A stretch of DNA of 63,563 bases, the filler included, from Octopus bimaculoides (Eukaryota): the NCBI RefSeq assembly GCF_001194135.2. It is 6 parts of 6 records of this genome, joined end to end, with 100 filler letters (N's around TTAATTAATTAA, not from the genome) between each part and the next. Parts side by side here need not be neighbours in the genome. Positions count along the whole stretch, not along the records: positions 47,255 to 57,779 come from NC_068991.1; positions 57,880 to 60,920 come from NW_026368032.1; positions 61,021 to 63,563 come from NC_069009.1; 3 more parts are not named here. One strand, written 5' to 3'. The position numbers and the translations under genes are program-made. The notes under the pieces are model-generated. The model was not told where the DNA came from. It saw nothing but the letters and a program-made list of their open reading frames with translations, and ran no database searches. Shown here one piece after another: positions 51,393 to 63,563 of the stretch. Every line of letters begins with the position of its first letter. Positions within the stretch are counted from its first letter, which is position 1.

Positions 51393-51830
51393 AAATTAAT
51401 CCCCCTCCTTCCCTTCTTCGGAACTTCACAGGAAGTAGTTAATCCCTCTCCTCCCTTTCCTAGGAAATTTCCAGAAAGTAATTAACCCCCATTCCTCCTC
51501 TTCCTCCCTTTCCTCGGCACTTTCCAGAAAGTAATTAATCTCCCTCTTCCCCATCTAAGGAAATTTCCAGGAACTAAGTAATCCCCCTCCTCCCCGTCCT
51601 CAGAACTTTCCAAAAAGTAATTAATCCCCCTCCTTCCTTCCTCCCCTTCCTCGGAACTTTCCAGGAAGTAAATAATCCCAATTCTTCCCGTTCCTCAGAA
51701 CTTTCCAGGAAATATTTCAACAACCTCCTCCCCTTCGATTTTTTCCAGGAAGTAGTTAAAAGCCCTCCTCCCTTTCCTCGTAAATTTCCAGGAATTAATT
51801 AAGCCTCCTCCTCCCCTTCATCGGAACTTT
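51393..51830 (-). repeat. Second S1 43-bp minisatellite block, inverted
   Basis: TTAATCCCCCTCCTCCCCTTCCTCGGAACTTTCCAGGAAGTA units. Confidence 0.92.
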
Positions 51831-54800
51831 CGCCGATACTTTAGATACTTCAGCCTAGACATTCGATTTTTGAGCCTATAGTTTAAGTATTTTAGCCTAT
51901 ATGTTAGATATTGTACCCTGTAGTTTAGATATTTTAGCTTATAGTTTCAATAATTGAGCCAATACTATAGACAATATTTTAGCCTATAGTTTTGAAATGG
52001 TGCCTATAGTTTAGATATTTTAGCCTATTGTTTCGATATTCGAGCCTATAGTTTAGTTATTTTAGCCTATACTTTTGATATTTTAGCCTATAATTCCGAT
52101 ATTTGAGACTATAGTCTAGCTATTTTAGCTTATTTTAGCTTATAGATTCGATATTTCAGACTATACTTTAGGTATTTTTGGTTATATCTTAGATACTTTA
52201 GCCTATTGTTTCGATATTGAACTTATAGTTTCAATATTGAGCCTATATGTTAAGTATTTTAGCCTATATGTTAGATATTATAGTCTATAGTTTAGATATG
52301 TTAGCCTATAGTTTCGATGTTTGAGCCAATAATTTAGACAATATCTTTAGCCTATAGGTTCGATATTTGAGCCAATAGTTGAGTTATTTTAGCCTATACT
52401 TCGGATATTTTAATCTATAGTTTCGATATTNNNNNNNNNNNNNNNNNNNNNNNNNNNNNNNNNNNNNNNNNNNNNNNNNNNNNNNNNNNNNNNNNNNNNN
52501 NNNNNNNNNNNNNNNNNNNNNNNNNNNNNNNNNNNNCCTATAGTTTTTATATTTGAGCCTATATTTTAGTTATTTTAGCCTATTCTTTTGATGGTGCCTT
52601 TAGTTTAGATATTTTAGCCATTTCGATATTTGAGACTATAGTTTAGTTATTTTAGCCTATGCTTCTGATATTGTATCTTATAGTTTCAATATTAAGCCTA
52701 TAGGTTAAGTATTTTAGCCTACATGTTAGATATTTCAGCCTATAGTTTAGATTTTTAGCCTATAGTTTCGATAATAGAGCCAATATTTTAAACAATATTT
52801 TAAACAATATTTGTGATGGTGCCTATAGTTTAGATATTTTAGTCTATTGTTTCGATATTTGCGCCTAGAGTCTATCTATTTTAGCCTATACTTTACATAT
52901 TTCAGCCTATAGTTTCGATATATGAGCCTATAGCTTTGATAATATTAAATATTTCAGCGTATATTTTCGATATTGAGCCTATAGTTAAGGTATTTTAGCG
53001 TATATCTTAGATATTTTAGCCTATATTTTAGATATTGTAGCCTATAGTTGCGATATTTGAGACTATAGTTAAGTTATTTTGCCTATAAATGAGATATTTT
53101 AACCTATGGTTTCGATATTCCATCCTATAGTTTAAATATTTTTGCCTATATTTTAGATATTTCAGCCTATAGCTTCGATATTGAGCCTATAGTTAAGATA
53201 TTTTAGCGTATATTTTAAATAATTTAGTCTATATTTTAGATATTGGAGCCCATAGTTTCGATATTTGAGACTATAGTTTAGNNNNNNNNNNNNNNNNNNN
53301 NNNNNNNNNNNNNNNNNNNNNNNNNNNNNNNNNNNNNNNNNNNNNNNNNNNNNNNNNNNNNNNNNNNNNNNNNNNNNNNNNNNNNNNNNNNNNNNNNNNN
53401 NNNNNNNNNNNNNNNNNNNNNNNNNNNNNNNNNNNNNNNNNNNNNNNNNNNNNNNNNNNNNNNNNNNNNNNNNNNNNNNNNNNNNNNNNNNNNNNNNNNN
53501 NNNNNNNNNNNNNNNNNNNNNNNNNNNNNNNNNNNNNNNNNNNNNNNNNNNNNNNNNNNNNNNNNNNNNNNNNNNNNNNNNNNNNNNNNNNNNNNNNNNN
53601 NNNNNNNNNNNNNNNNNNNNNNNNCTATAGACTAGCTATTTTAGCCTATATGTTTGATATTTTAGTCTATAGTTTAGATATTTTAGCGTATAGTTTCGAT
53701 ATTTGAGACAATATTTTAGACAATATTTGTAGTCTATAGTTTCGAGTTGGTGTCTTTTGTTTAGATATTATAGCCTATTGATTCGATATTTGAGTCTATA
53801 GTTGAAATGTTTTCGCCTATACTTTTGATATTTTAGCCTATAGTTTCGATATTTGAGCCTATAGTCTAGCTACTTTAGCCTATTGTTTAGGTACTGAGCC
53901 TATAGTTTAAATATTGAATCTATAGGTTAAGTATTTTCGCCTAGAGTATAGATATTTTAGCTTATAGTATAGATATTTGAGCCAATGTTTTAGACAATGA
54001 TTTTAGCCTATAATTTCGATATTTGAGCCTATATTTTAGTTATTTTAACCTATACTTTTATTGATTCCTATAGATTAGGTATTTTAGCCTATAGTTTCGA
54101 TATTTCAGTCTATAGTTTAGTTATTTTAGCCTATACTTTTGATTTTTTAGTCTATAGTTTCGATATTTAATCCTATAGTTTAGTTATTTTAGCCTATAAC
54201 TGAGATATAGTTTCGATACTCCAGCCAATAGTTTAGGTATTTTTGTCTATATTTTAGATATTGTAGTTTATTGTTTCGATATTGAGACTATAGTTTCAAT
54301 ATTGAGCCTATAGGTTAAGTATTTTAGCCTATATGTTAGATATTTTAGCCTATAGTTTAGATATTTTAGCTTATAGTTTCGATATTTGAACCAATAATTT
54401 AGACAATATTTTTAGCCTATAGTTTCGAGATAGTGCCTATAGTTTTGAGATAGTTCCTATAGTTTAGATAACATAGTCTATTGTTTCGATATTTTAGCCT
54501 ATTGTTTAGTTATTTTAGCCTATAATTCTGATATTTTAGCCTATACTTTCGATATTTGAGCATATAGACTAGCTATTTGAGCCTATAATTGAGATATTTT
54601 AATTTATAGTTTCGATATTCAAGCCTATCGTTTAGGTATTTTTCGTTATATTTTAGATATTTTTGCTTACTGTTTCGATTTTGAGCCTATAGTTTCAATA
54701 TTGAGCCTATAGGCTAAGTATTTTAGCCTATATTTTAGATATTATAGTCTATAGTTTAGATATTTTAGCCTATAGTTTTGATGTTTGAGCCAATAATTTA

Positions 54801-55372
54801 GACAATATCATTAGCCTATAGGTTCGATATTTGAGCCAATAGTTGAGTTATTTTATAGTTTGGATACTTGAAAAGATAAGCTAAAATATCTAAACTACAG
54901 ACTAACATATCTAACATATAAGCTAACATACTTCACCTATAGGGTCAATATTGAAACAATATGCTCAATAAAGAAACAATAGGCTAAAATAACTAAGCTA
55001 TAGGCTCAAATATTGAAACAATAGGCTAAAATATCTAAAGTATAGGCGAAGATATCTAAACTATAGGCACCATCAAAAATATAGGCTAAAATAATTAAAA
55101 TATAGGCTCAAATATCGACACTATAGGCACCATCTAAAAACTATAGACAAAAAATATTGTCTAAAATATTGCGTCAAATATCGAAACTATCGGCTAAAAT
55201 AACTAAGCCATAGTCTCAAATATCGAATCTATAGGCTGGAATATCGAAATTATAGGCTAAAATATCTCAATTATAGGCTAAAATAACTAAACTATAGTCT
55301 CAAATATCGAAACTATAGACTACAAAATCTAAAATATACACTAAAATATCTTAACTATAGACTCAATATCGA
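51831..55372. repeat. S2 21-bp satellite: minus orientation to ~54865, then plus until a gap
   Basis: TTTAGCCTATAGTTTCGATATTTGAGCC units, switching to GCTAAAATATCTAAACTA at about 54880. Confidence 0.92.
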
Positions 55373-55473
55373 ANNNNNNNNNNNNNNNNNNNNNNNNNNN
55401 NNNNNNNNNNNNNNNNNNNNNNNNNNNNNNNNNNNNNNNNNNNNNNNNNNNNNNNNNNNNNNNNNNNNNNNNN

Positions 55474-55577
55474 CCAGTACACAAGTGGTACTTAATTTAT
55501 CGAGCCCGAAGGATGAAGACCAAACTAGGCCTCGGCAGAATTTGAACTCAGAACGGAACGTAAAGACAGACGAATAC
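55474..55577 (-). mobile_element. SINE family B fragment
   Basis: GGTACTTAATTTATCGAGCCCGAAGGATGAAG..CTCGGCAGAATTTGAACTCAGAACG. Confidence 0.8.
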
Positions 55578-56009
55578 ATATATACAGAGTAATATGTAAA
55601 GGTTAGATCCAAGGATCAAGGTGTAGGAAGTTAGTAAGCTTCGAGGAGTATATAGAAGGTATAAAAGCAACTTTCAAGAACAATAATGATTTATTGACGT
55701 AGAAGGTTGTAAATTTTTTTCCATATCGAAATTCGATAAGCCGAAAAATAAAACATTTTATGTACACACGCNNNNNNNNNNAACATTTTATGTACACACG
55801 CACGCACGCACACACACACACACACACACACAGACACACACACACACACATACCTAGACACACACATACCTAGACACACACACATACAGGCACACACACA
55901 TGCATGCACTCATGTTCGTCTTTGTATCAGCGAACATATTCACACACAGACACACACACACATGCACAACGCGTGCACACACATACACACATATACACGC
56001 ATATATGCA

Positions 56010-56133
<124 letters not shown>

Positions 56134-57260
56134 AAGTATCACCTGAAGAGGAAGGTGAGAGTAGAAAGGGAAGTCTTNNNNNNNNNNNNNNNNNNNNNNN
56201 NNNNNNNNNNNNNNNNNNNNNNNNNNNNNNNNNNNNNNNNNNNNNNNNNNNNNNNNNNNNNNNNNNNNNNNNNNNNNNNNNNNNNNNNNNNNNNNNNNNN
56301 NNNNNNNNNNNNNNNNNNNNNNNNNNNNNNNNNNNNNNNNNNNNNNNNNNNNNNNNNNNNNNNNNNNNNNNNNNNNNNNNNNNNNNNNNNNNNNNNNNNN
56401 NNNNNNNNNNNNNNNNNNNNNNNNNNNNNNNNNNNNNNNNNNNNNNNNNNNNNNNNNNNNNNNNNNNNNNNNNNNNNNNNNNNNNNNNNNNNNNNNNNNN
56501 NNNNNNNNNNNNNNNNNNNNNNNNNNNNNNNNNNNNNNNNNNNNNNNNNNNNNNNNNNNNNNNNNNNNNNNNNNNNNNNNNNNNNNNNNNNNNNNNNNNN
56601 NNNNNNNNNNNNNNNNNNNNNNNNNNNNNNNNNNNNNNNNNNNNNNNNNNNNNNNNNNNNNNNNNNNNNNNNNNNNNNNNNNNNNNNNNNNNNNNNNNNN
56701 NNNNNNNNNNNNNNNNNNNNNNNNNNNNNNNNNNNNNNNNNNNNNNNNNNNNNNNNNNNNNNNNNNNNNNNNNNNNNNNNNNNNNNNNNNNNNNNNNNNN
56801 NNNNNNNNNNNNNNNNNNNNNNNNNNNNNNNNNNNNNNNNNNNNNNNNNNNNNNNNNNNNNNNNNNNNNNNNNNNNNNNNNNNNNNNNNNNNNNNNNNNN
56901 NNNNNNNNNNNNNNNNNNNNNNNNNNNNNNNNNNNNNNNNNNNNNNNNNNNNNNNNNNNNNNNNNNNNNNNNNNNNNNNNNNNNNNNNNNNNNNNNNNNN
57001 NNNNNNNNNNNNNNNNNNNNNNNNNNNNNNNNNNNNNNNNNNNNNNNNNNNNNNNNNNNNNNNNNNNNNNNNNNNNNNNNNNNNNNNNNNNNNNNNNNNN
57101 NNNNNNNNNNNNNNNNNNNNNNNNNNNNNNNNNNNNNNNNNNNNNNNNNNNNNNNNNNNNNNNNNNNNNNNNTATATATATTTATGTATATATACATGCA
57201 CATATAGATATACTGGTGTACATACACACACATAAGCACACAAACACACACACACACGTA

Positions 57261-57779
57261 TAAGTGGTCTGGTCAATAAGTATCCAAACTGTTGCCATAG
57301 TAACGAAGATAAAGCACTCTGAGTAAAGCCGTGTGAAAAAGATTCACCTTGAACTCTGTATTAAAACTCTTGAAGTTTTAATGCTCGAGCTTACTTCCGC
57401 TGTTTACGACAGTACTTGGAAGGAAGGTGTGTAAGGTGGGATCACCACATTGACCATGACAGAGAAAGCTGAGCAGAAAATTTGCATCAAATTTTGCCTA
57501 AAGTTTGGCGACTCCTGCTCAAAGTCGTACGCAAATTGTTCATCGATCTCGACACAATCAAGGAGATCTTGTGCAACTGAAACCCGAGTGTACTTTTGGG
57601 CACCTGAAAGCAGTTTTGCCACAAACTTGGCAGACGCGGATCTCATACCCAAATCTTCAGTGATAATGGACTGAACTGAACTGTAACTAATCCTCTGATT
57701 ACTCATGGATAATGATTCGACGATTTCCCCTCACAGCTGCACGCACGTCTGTTATGCTTTTCTCAGCTCTACTGGTTGC
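57261..57779. mobile_element. mariner relic: 5' end and N-terminus on plus, fused to an inverted HTH-region segment
   Basis: Plus: MTEKAEQKICIKFCLKFG (ATG at 57456). Minus: SVQSIITEDLGMRSASAKFVAKLL. Breakpoint at about 57535. Confidence 0.85.
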
Positions 57780-58448
57780 NNNNNNNNNNNNNNNNNNNNN
57801 NNNNNNNNNNNNNNNNNNNNNNNTTAATTAATTAANNNNNNNNNNNNNNNNNNNNNNNNNNNNNNNNNNNNNNNNNNNNATATATATACCTTTATATATA
57901 TATTCTGTTGTGTCTGGGGAGAGTCATTTTCTTATTGTGCCTTAAAATTTAACACACTCACCGGTAAAATTTCCACTTATTTTTCTTTTTATTTTCCTCA
58001 AATTTTCGTTGCGTCTTGCGACCTTTTCAAGAGTCTTGACTCTCAATAGTCTTGACTCTGTCCGTTATTTACGCTGCGTTCTGTTTTTGCTTTTGTTTGT
58101 TTTTGCGCATGCGTGTGTCTCAGTGTGTGTGTATGTATGCATGCATGTATGTGTGCATGTGTGTGTACGTATGTCTGTGTGTGCGTGCACATGTATATAT
58201 GTATGTATGTGTGTGTATGCATGTGTGTGCGTTTGCATGTATGTATGCATGTATTCTGCATATTCCGGTGTTTGCGTGTTTTTTATGTATGTGTGTGCAT
58301 GTGTGTATATGTATGTACATGTATGTGGTCATGTGCTTCAGGCTCTATTTGCGTATGTGGTTGTTTGTTCATATACCCTATGTACCTACCTGTCTGTATG
58401 TAGACCTGTTTGTTTACATATACAAACATGTGCATGCACACGCACACA

Positions 58449-58494
<46 letters not shown>

Positions 58495-58569
58495 TACATC
58501 TATCTGCATAACAGCCCATTAACTGTTCTACTCTACCTGTGTAAAATGTGGGTATGGGGGTATGATATC

Positions 58570-58960
58570 TATGTATATTTCCTATTTAGTATTGCGGAAG
58601 TTTCATTTATAAGGACGTACTCCCGGATTTGTCTTAGAGTTGGGTCTTTTGGGTGCTTGGATAAGATGCGGATGTCAAGTTGACCCAAGTTGCCTCCATC
58701 CTGGTCTTTGGCATGTTGGTAGAGTATGGAGGACTGTCTTTTGTCGTCATATTGTCTCAGATGTTCGTTTAGTCGTTCCGCAATGCTCCTAGATGTTTCC
58801 CCTGTGTATGTCATATTCAGGTCTTTACAAGCACGTTCCATGCATTTTATGCTGTAAACTACATTTCTATTTCTGCAGTTATTTCTATTTCTGCAGTTAT
58901 TTCTATTTCTGCAGTTATTTCTATTTCTGCAGTTAATGCCACTGCATGGTATGTAGGATT
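58570..58960 (-). mobile_element. PLE GIY-YIG endonuclease fragment
   Basis: NCRNRNVVYSIKCMERACKDLNMTYTGETSRSIAERLNEH..ILYQH..RQIREYVLIN; matches the VY...YxGET..R..R..EH pattern. It ends against a (TG)/(CA) tract. Confidence 0.8.
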
Positions 58961-58964
58961 AGCC

Positions 58965-59170
58965 CTGGCTAATCAATAAGTATCTGGACTGTTGCCATAG
59001 TAACGAAGCTAAAGCAATCAGAGCAAGCTGCTTAGCACAGATTGATCTTTAACTCTGCTGTGCATGCGCACTAAGTTATAACGTTCTAGCTCACTTCTGC
59101 TGTTTACAACAGTGCTTGGAAGGAAGGTGTGTAGCGTGTGATCGTTGCATTGACTATGACAGAGAAAGTT
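58965..59170 (+). mobile_element. Second copy of the 5' end of the 57261 mariner
   Basis: TCAATAAGTATCxxxACTGTTGCCATAGTAACGAAG...GGAAGGAAGGTGTGTA..ATGACAGAGAAAG is shared with 57272-57468. Confidence 0.8.
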
Positions 59171-59329
59171 GTCAAGGCGTTACCTGCGCAGAGGTCCACA
59201 TAAAGTTGCGGAAAGTGCGTGGAGAAGAGTATATAAGTCGCATATATATATATACACGCATTTATATACAAGCATTTATATACACGCATTTATATACACG
59301 CATTTATATACACGCATATCTGTATATCT

Positions 59330-59550
59330 GTGATCGTCCTCCGCTACCGCTTGAAAACCGGTATCGATTTGTCCACGTCCCCCCTGAATTAGTGGTTCGG
59401 CTAAACGGTACTAATATTATAAATACCAGACTCAGGCTTTGAAAACAAATGTGTCGGAGTCGATTTGTACGACTAACCCCCATTAAGGCGATGACCCAGA
59501 AGGGCCGCAGTCTAATGAATGAAACAAGCAAGAGATGAACGATAAAAGAT
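59330..59550 (+). mobile_element. SINE family A 3' half, degenerate
   Basis: CGCTTGAAAACCGGT..ACGTCCCC..GTGGTTCGGC..GTCGATTTGTACGACTAA..GGCCGCAGTCTAATGAATGAAACAAG. Confidence 0.75.
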
Positions 59551-59552
59551 AT

Positions 59553-60159
59553 ACTCTCTTTACTCTCTTTTACTCTTTTACTTGTTTCAGTCATTTGACT
59601 GCGGCCATGTTGGAGCACCGCCTTTAGTCTAGCAAATCAAGCCCAGGACTTATTTTTTGTAAGCCTAGTACTTATTCTATCGATCTCTTTTGTCGAACCG
59701 CTAAGTTACGGGGACGTAAACATACCAACATCGGTTGTCAAGCGATGTTGGGGGGACAAACACAGACACACAAACCCACACACACACATATACATATATA
59801 TATATATATACATATATACGATGGGCTTCTTTCAGTTTCCGCCTACCAAATCCACTCACAAGGCTTTGGTCGGCCCGAGGCTATAGTAGAAGACACTTGC
59901 TCAAGGTGCTACGCAGTNNNNNNNNNNNNNNNNNNNNNNNNNNNNNNNNNNNNNNNNNNNNNNNNNNNNNNNNNNNNNNNNNNNNNNNNNNNNNNNNNNN
60001 NNNNNNNNNNNNNNNNNNNNNNNNNNNNNNNNNNNNNNNNNNNNNNNNNNNNNNNNNNNNNNNNNNNNNNNNNNNNNNNNNNNNNNNNNNNNNNNNNNNN
60101 NNNNNNNNNNNNNNNNNNNNNNNNNNNNNNNNNACTTACCACACAGCCACTCCTGCGCC
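59553..60159 (-). mobile_element. SINE family A, full length (internal gap)
   Basis: (ACTCTTTT)n tail through CACAGCCACTCCTGCGCC head. Confidence 0.9.
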
Positions 60160-60496
60160 TATACGCAGAAAGACGAGATGGTCATGGCCGGAACTCCTGA
60201 CATTACAGCAACAGCAGCAACAGCTACAAGAACATCAGATGCAAGAGTTTTAGGTTAATGCCGTAAAGATTGTTAAAAGGTGCGTTGTACCCTTAACATT
60301 TTCCTTTCAACACTCCTCCACCCCTGAGAGCGGCAAATAAAAATAAAATAAAATAAATATAGAAATAAAAAATATAATAAAAAAAATAATCTCATCTAAT
60401 TTACGTGTAAAAGTGAAGTTGTTTGCGTGTACGACATTGTGTGTGTATGTGTGTAGTCGTGTATGGTGTATATATGTGTGCGTGTGTGTGTGTGTA

Positions 60497-60643
60497 TGTG
60501 GTAAGAAGCTTGCTTACCAACCACATGGTTCTGGGTTCAGTCCCACTGTGTGGCACCTTGAACAAGTGTCTTCTACTATAGCCTCGGACCGACCACAGCC
60601 TTGTGAGTGGATTTGGTAGGCGGAAACTGAAAGAAGCCCGTCG
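60497..60643 (+). mobile_element. SINE family A 5' half
   Basis: GTGGTAAGAAGCTTGCTTACCAACCACATGGTTCTGGGTTCAGTCCC...GAAAGAAGCCCGTCG. Confidence 0.88.
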
Positions 60644-60870
60644 TATATATATATATACACACACACAGACACACATATGTGCACCTGTGTATGTGAATAG
60701 GAATATTTGTATACATGTGTGTGTATGTGGCTTCTATTAGCCCATGCGTATGGGGGTCAGGCTATATATGTATTTATATGTGCGTGTAGGTATGTGTACT
60801 TGTGTACGTGTATGAATATATATATATGTGTGTGTGTATATGTAGATATATATATGTATATATATATATG

Positions 60871-60920
<50 letters not shown>

Positions 60921-61748
60921 NNNNNNNNNNNNNNNNNNNNNNNNNNNNNNNNNNNNNNNNNNNNTTAATTAATTAANNNNNNNNNNNNNNNNNNNNNNNN
61001 NNNNNNNNNNNNNNNNNNNNAACCAGAAATAATTTTGAAAAAGAAGATTGGCAGAAGAGCGAACATTTGTTTTTTTAATATATGTTTCGGTCATGCTGGA
61101 GCACCTCTTTTAAAGTGTTTCAGTTGGATAAATCGATTCCGGTTCTAATTTTTTTTTTCTTCTCATCCTGGTACTTTTTCTATCGGGCCCTTTTGACAAA
61201 CCACTAAATTACGGGACGGAAGCAAAACAACACCGCCTTGTAGCTGGATTTTGGTAGATGGAAACTGAAAGAAGCCTGTTGTATATATATGTGTGTGTAT
61301 CTGTATTTATCCTCCCCACAACAGCTAGACAACTGATGTTGGTATGTTTACATCCCCGTAACTTAACTTACCCTCTCTATACTGAGTAGCCCTCTAAGTT
61401 TTCTTTATTAAACCTCTCTTTCTACACAGGGTGGCGCCCTTAAGTTTTCACGTAGTAACAATTTTTCTTAATTATTCCCTGTTATAATTCACCAGTAGCA
61501 TAACAAATTATAAATGAAATTAAAAAGAAAGAACATTTCATGTGATGTTAATTATGCTACAAGACCAAAAATAATTAACGATTTTTGCTGTAATTATACT
61601 GATTATGTCCTACTTAGAGCACTATGTATGTATCTACGACCATATGTAGTCATTTTGTTAGTTATAACGCAGTGACCTCCCTTGTGCTGGGAATTTTTAT
61701 GGCTCATGATTTTTGCAGTTTTAGCCTGAGTGACGTAGTCTGTGACAG

Positions 61749-61943
61749 TGTGTGGCTTAGTGGTTAGGGCGTTCGGCTTATGGTTGTAAGGTCGTAAGTT
61801 CAATTCCTGGCGATGTGTTGTGTCGTTGAGCAAGACACTTTATTTCACGTTGCTCCAGTCCACTCAGCTGACAAAAATGAGTTGTACCTGTAATTCAAAA
61901 GGGGACAGCCTTGTCACATTCTGTGTCACACTGAATCTCCCTG
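61749..61943 (+). mobile_element. SINE family C
   Basis: GTGGCTTAGTGGTTAGGG..GTTCAATTCC..TTGAGCAAGACACTTTATTTCACGTTGCTCCAGTCCACTCAGCTG. Confidence 0.88.
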
Positions 61944-62934
61944 TTGTTGTAAGCGAAGAAATGATGATTAATTTCCTTTTGTTCTGGCTTTACTTAATTA
62001 GGGAAAGTCGTTATTAAAATCACTAATTTTGGTCATAGAGCAAAGACTAAATAATCCCTGAAACATAATTAATTAAATAAGCAGGATTTAAAAATCGTGC
62101 TGACATATCTAGACATGTTCTTTTCTGTATCTGCAATCTGTAACATAACGGACAAACAATGTGGTTACAGGTTCAGTCCCACTGCATGGCACCTTGGGCA
62201 AATTTCTTCTACTATAGCCTTGGACAGTCCAAAGACCAGTGACCAGATTTGGTAGATGGAAATTGAAAAGAAGCCCATTGTGTGTGTGTATACACACACG
62301 CATATATATATATATCATCATCGTCGTTTAACATTCGCTTTCCATGCTAGCNNNNNNNNNNAGCAAATACATTTATACAGACAGGAAGACTTTACTAATG
62401 AATCTCAGAGGAGCTGCACAACAGGTTCTCAGAGCAGACCCTCCCCTCTCAGTCAAGTGTTTCAGCCCTTCTTACACTCTAAGGGGGTCAGGCAACATCC
62501 TGGCCACGACTTCTGGGTGCCCTCCTTCTGCTGACGCTTTTTAGCCACTTGGATATTNNNNNNNNNNTGGCCACGACTTCTGGGTGCCCTCCTTCTGCTG
62601 ACGCTTTTTAGCCACTTGGATATTGAAGACTTGTGCATTTAAACCATTTGGTCATTTCATTTCTGACCATCCCGTCGTTTATTTGGGCATAATGTATCTA
62701 AGACTACATTATATAATGTCTAGTGTAGTGTGAAATGTTCAAGACAGGTGAACAGGAGGACTTCAGTAAAGAAACCAACCCATTCCTGCCCGGGCAAATG
62801 TTTTCGCCCTTAAGTGGGTTGGGCCACATCCAAGTCATGACTCCTGAGTGACCTTGTGCATTTAAACTGCTGGGAGGTTTCATTTAGCTGGGACTCCTCT
62901 CCATTGACCCAGCGTCACACACATGTATATGAAT

Positions 62935-63563
62935 TTGGCTGTATGGTAAGCTTGCTTCCCACCCACATGGTTCTGGGTTCGGTCCCACTGCATGGCGCCT
63001 TGGGCAAATGTCTTCTACTATAGACTCCGACCAACCAAAGCCTTGTGAGTGTATTTGGTAGACGGAAACTGAAAGAAGCCTGTTGTAGATATACATATCT
63101 ATATGTGCATGCCTATATATATATAGGCACGGGTGCGGTAAGGTTGCTTCCCAACCATATGGTTCCAGGTTCAGTTCCACTGCATGTCACCTTGGGCAAG
63201 TGTCTTCTACTATAGTTTCAGGCTGACCAGAGCCTTGTGAGTTAATTTGGGGCGAGGGGGGACTGTCGATTACATCGACCCCCGATACTCGACTGGTAAA
63301 TTATCAACGCTGAAAGGATGAAAAGTAATGTCGACCTCAGCGGAATTTGAACTGAGAAAGTAGTAATGGGCAAAATACCGCTAAGCAATTCGTCCAGCGT
63401 GCTAACGATTCTGCCAAGCTCACCGCTTTAAGTGATACATAAATAATGAAAGGGAAAATGGTGTTGTTGGCACTCCGTCGCTTATGACGAGGAGGGTTCC
63501 AGTCGATCCGATCAACGGAACAGCCTGCAAGTGGCTGAGCACTCCACAGACACGTGTACCCTT
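62935..63563. mobile_element. SINE pile-up: two family A 5' halves (plus), family B (minus, 63245-63428), family C tail (minus, ~63455 to end)
   Basis: Recognisable heads and cores as described for each family above. Confidence 0.85.

Noticed and set aside
57990-58060. Hammerhead-like hairpin on minus (TTGAAAA-GGTC-GCAA-GAC-GCAAC)
   Set aside because: Several invariant core positions are wrong and no stem I is evident.

Overview
Repeat-saturated, gap-rich eukaryotic genomic DNA. It is most likely from an octopus draft assembly; this is inferred from tRNA-derived SINE families I recognise from Octopus sequence, not from a search. No intact host gene is recognisable. The window holds: (i) at least four families of tRNA-derived SINEs; (ii) several Penelope-like element (PLE) relics, including a frameshift-free ~620-codon RT + GIY-YIG frame at 14141-16007 (minus) broken only by three TGA codons; (iii) a complete type I hammerhead ribozyme fold at 618-716, with a long stem II and a self-complementary stem III, plus three partial hammerhead motifs; (iv) mariner/Tc1 relics, a 130-bp fold-back MITE, and a MITE with 39-bp TIRs, an 8-bp TSD and an internal head-to-head telomeric palindrome; (v) two inverted copies of a Helitron-like repeat and one HINE-like repeat; (vi) a ~6.8-kb composite satellite of 43-bp and 21-bp units that switches orientation twice; and (vii) many microsatellites. 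Almost all ORFs in the supplied track are artefacts of N runs or microsatellites. One transmembrane-rich frame (2414-3034, minus) may be a real gene fragment.
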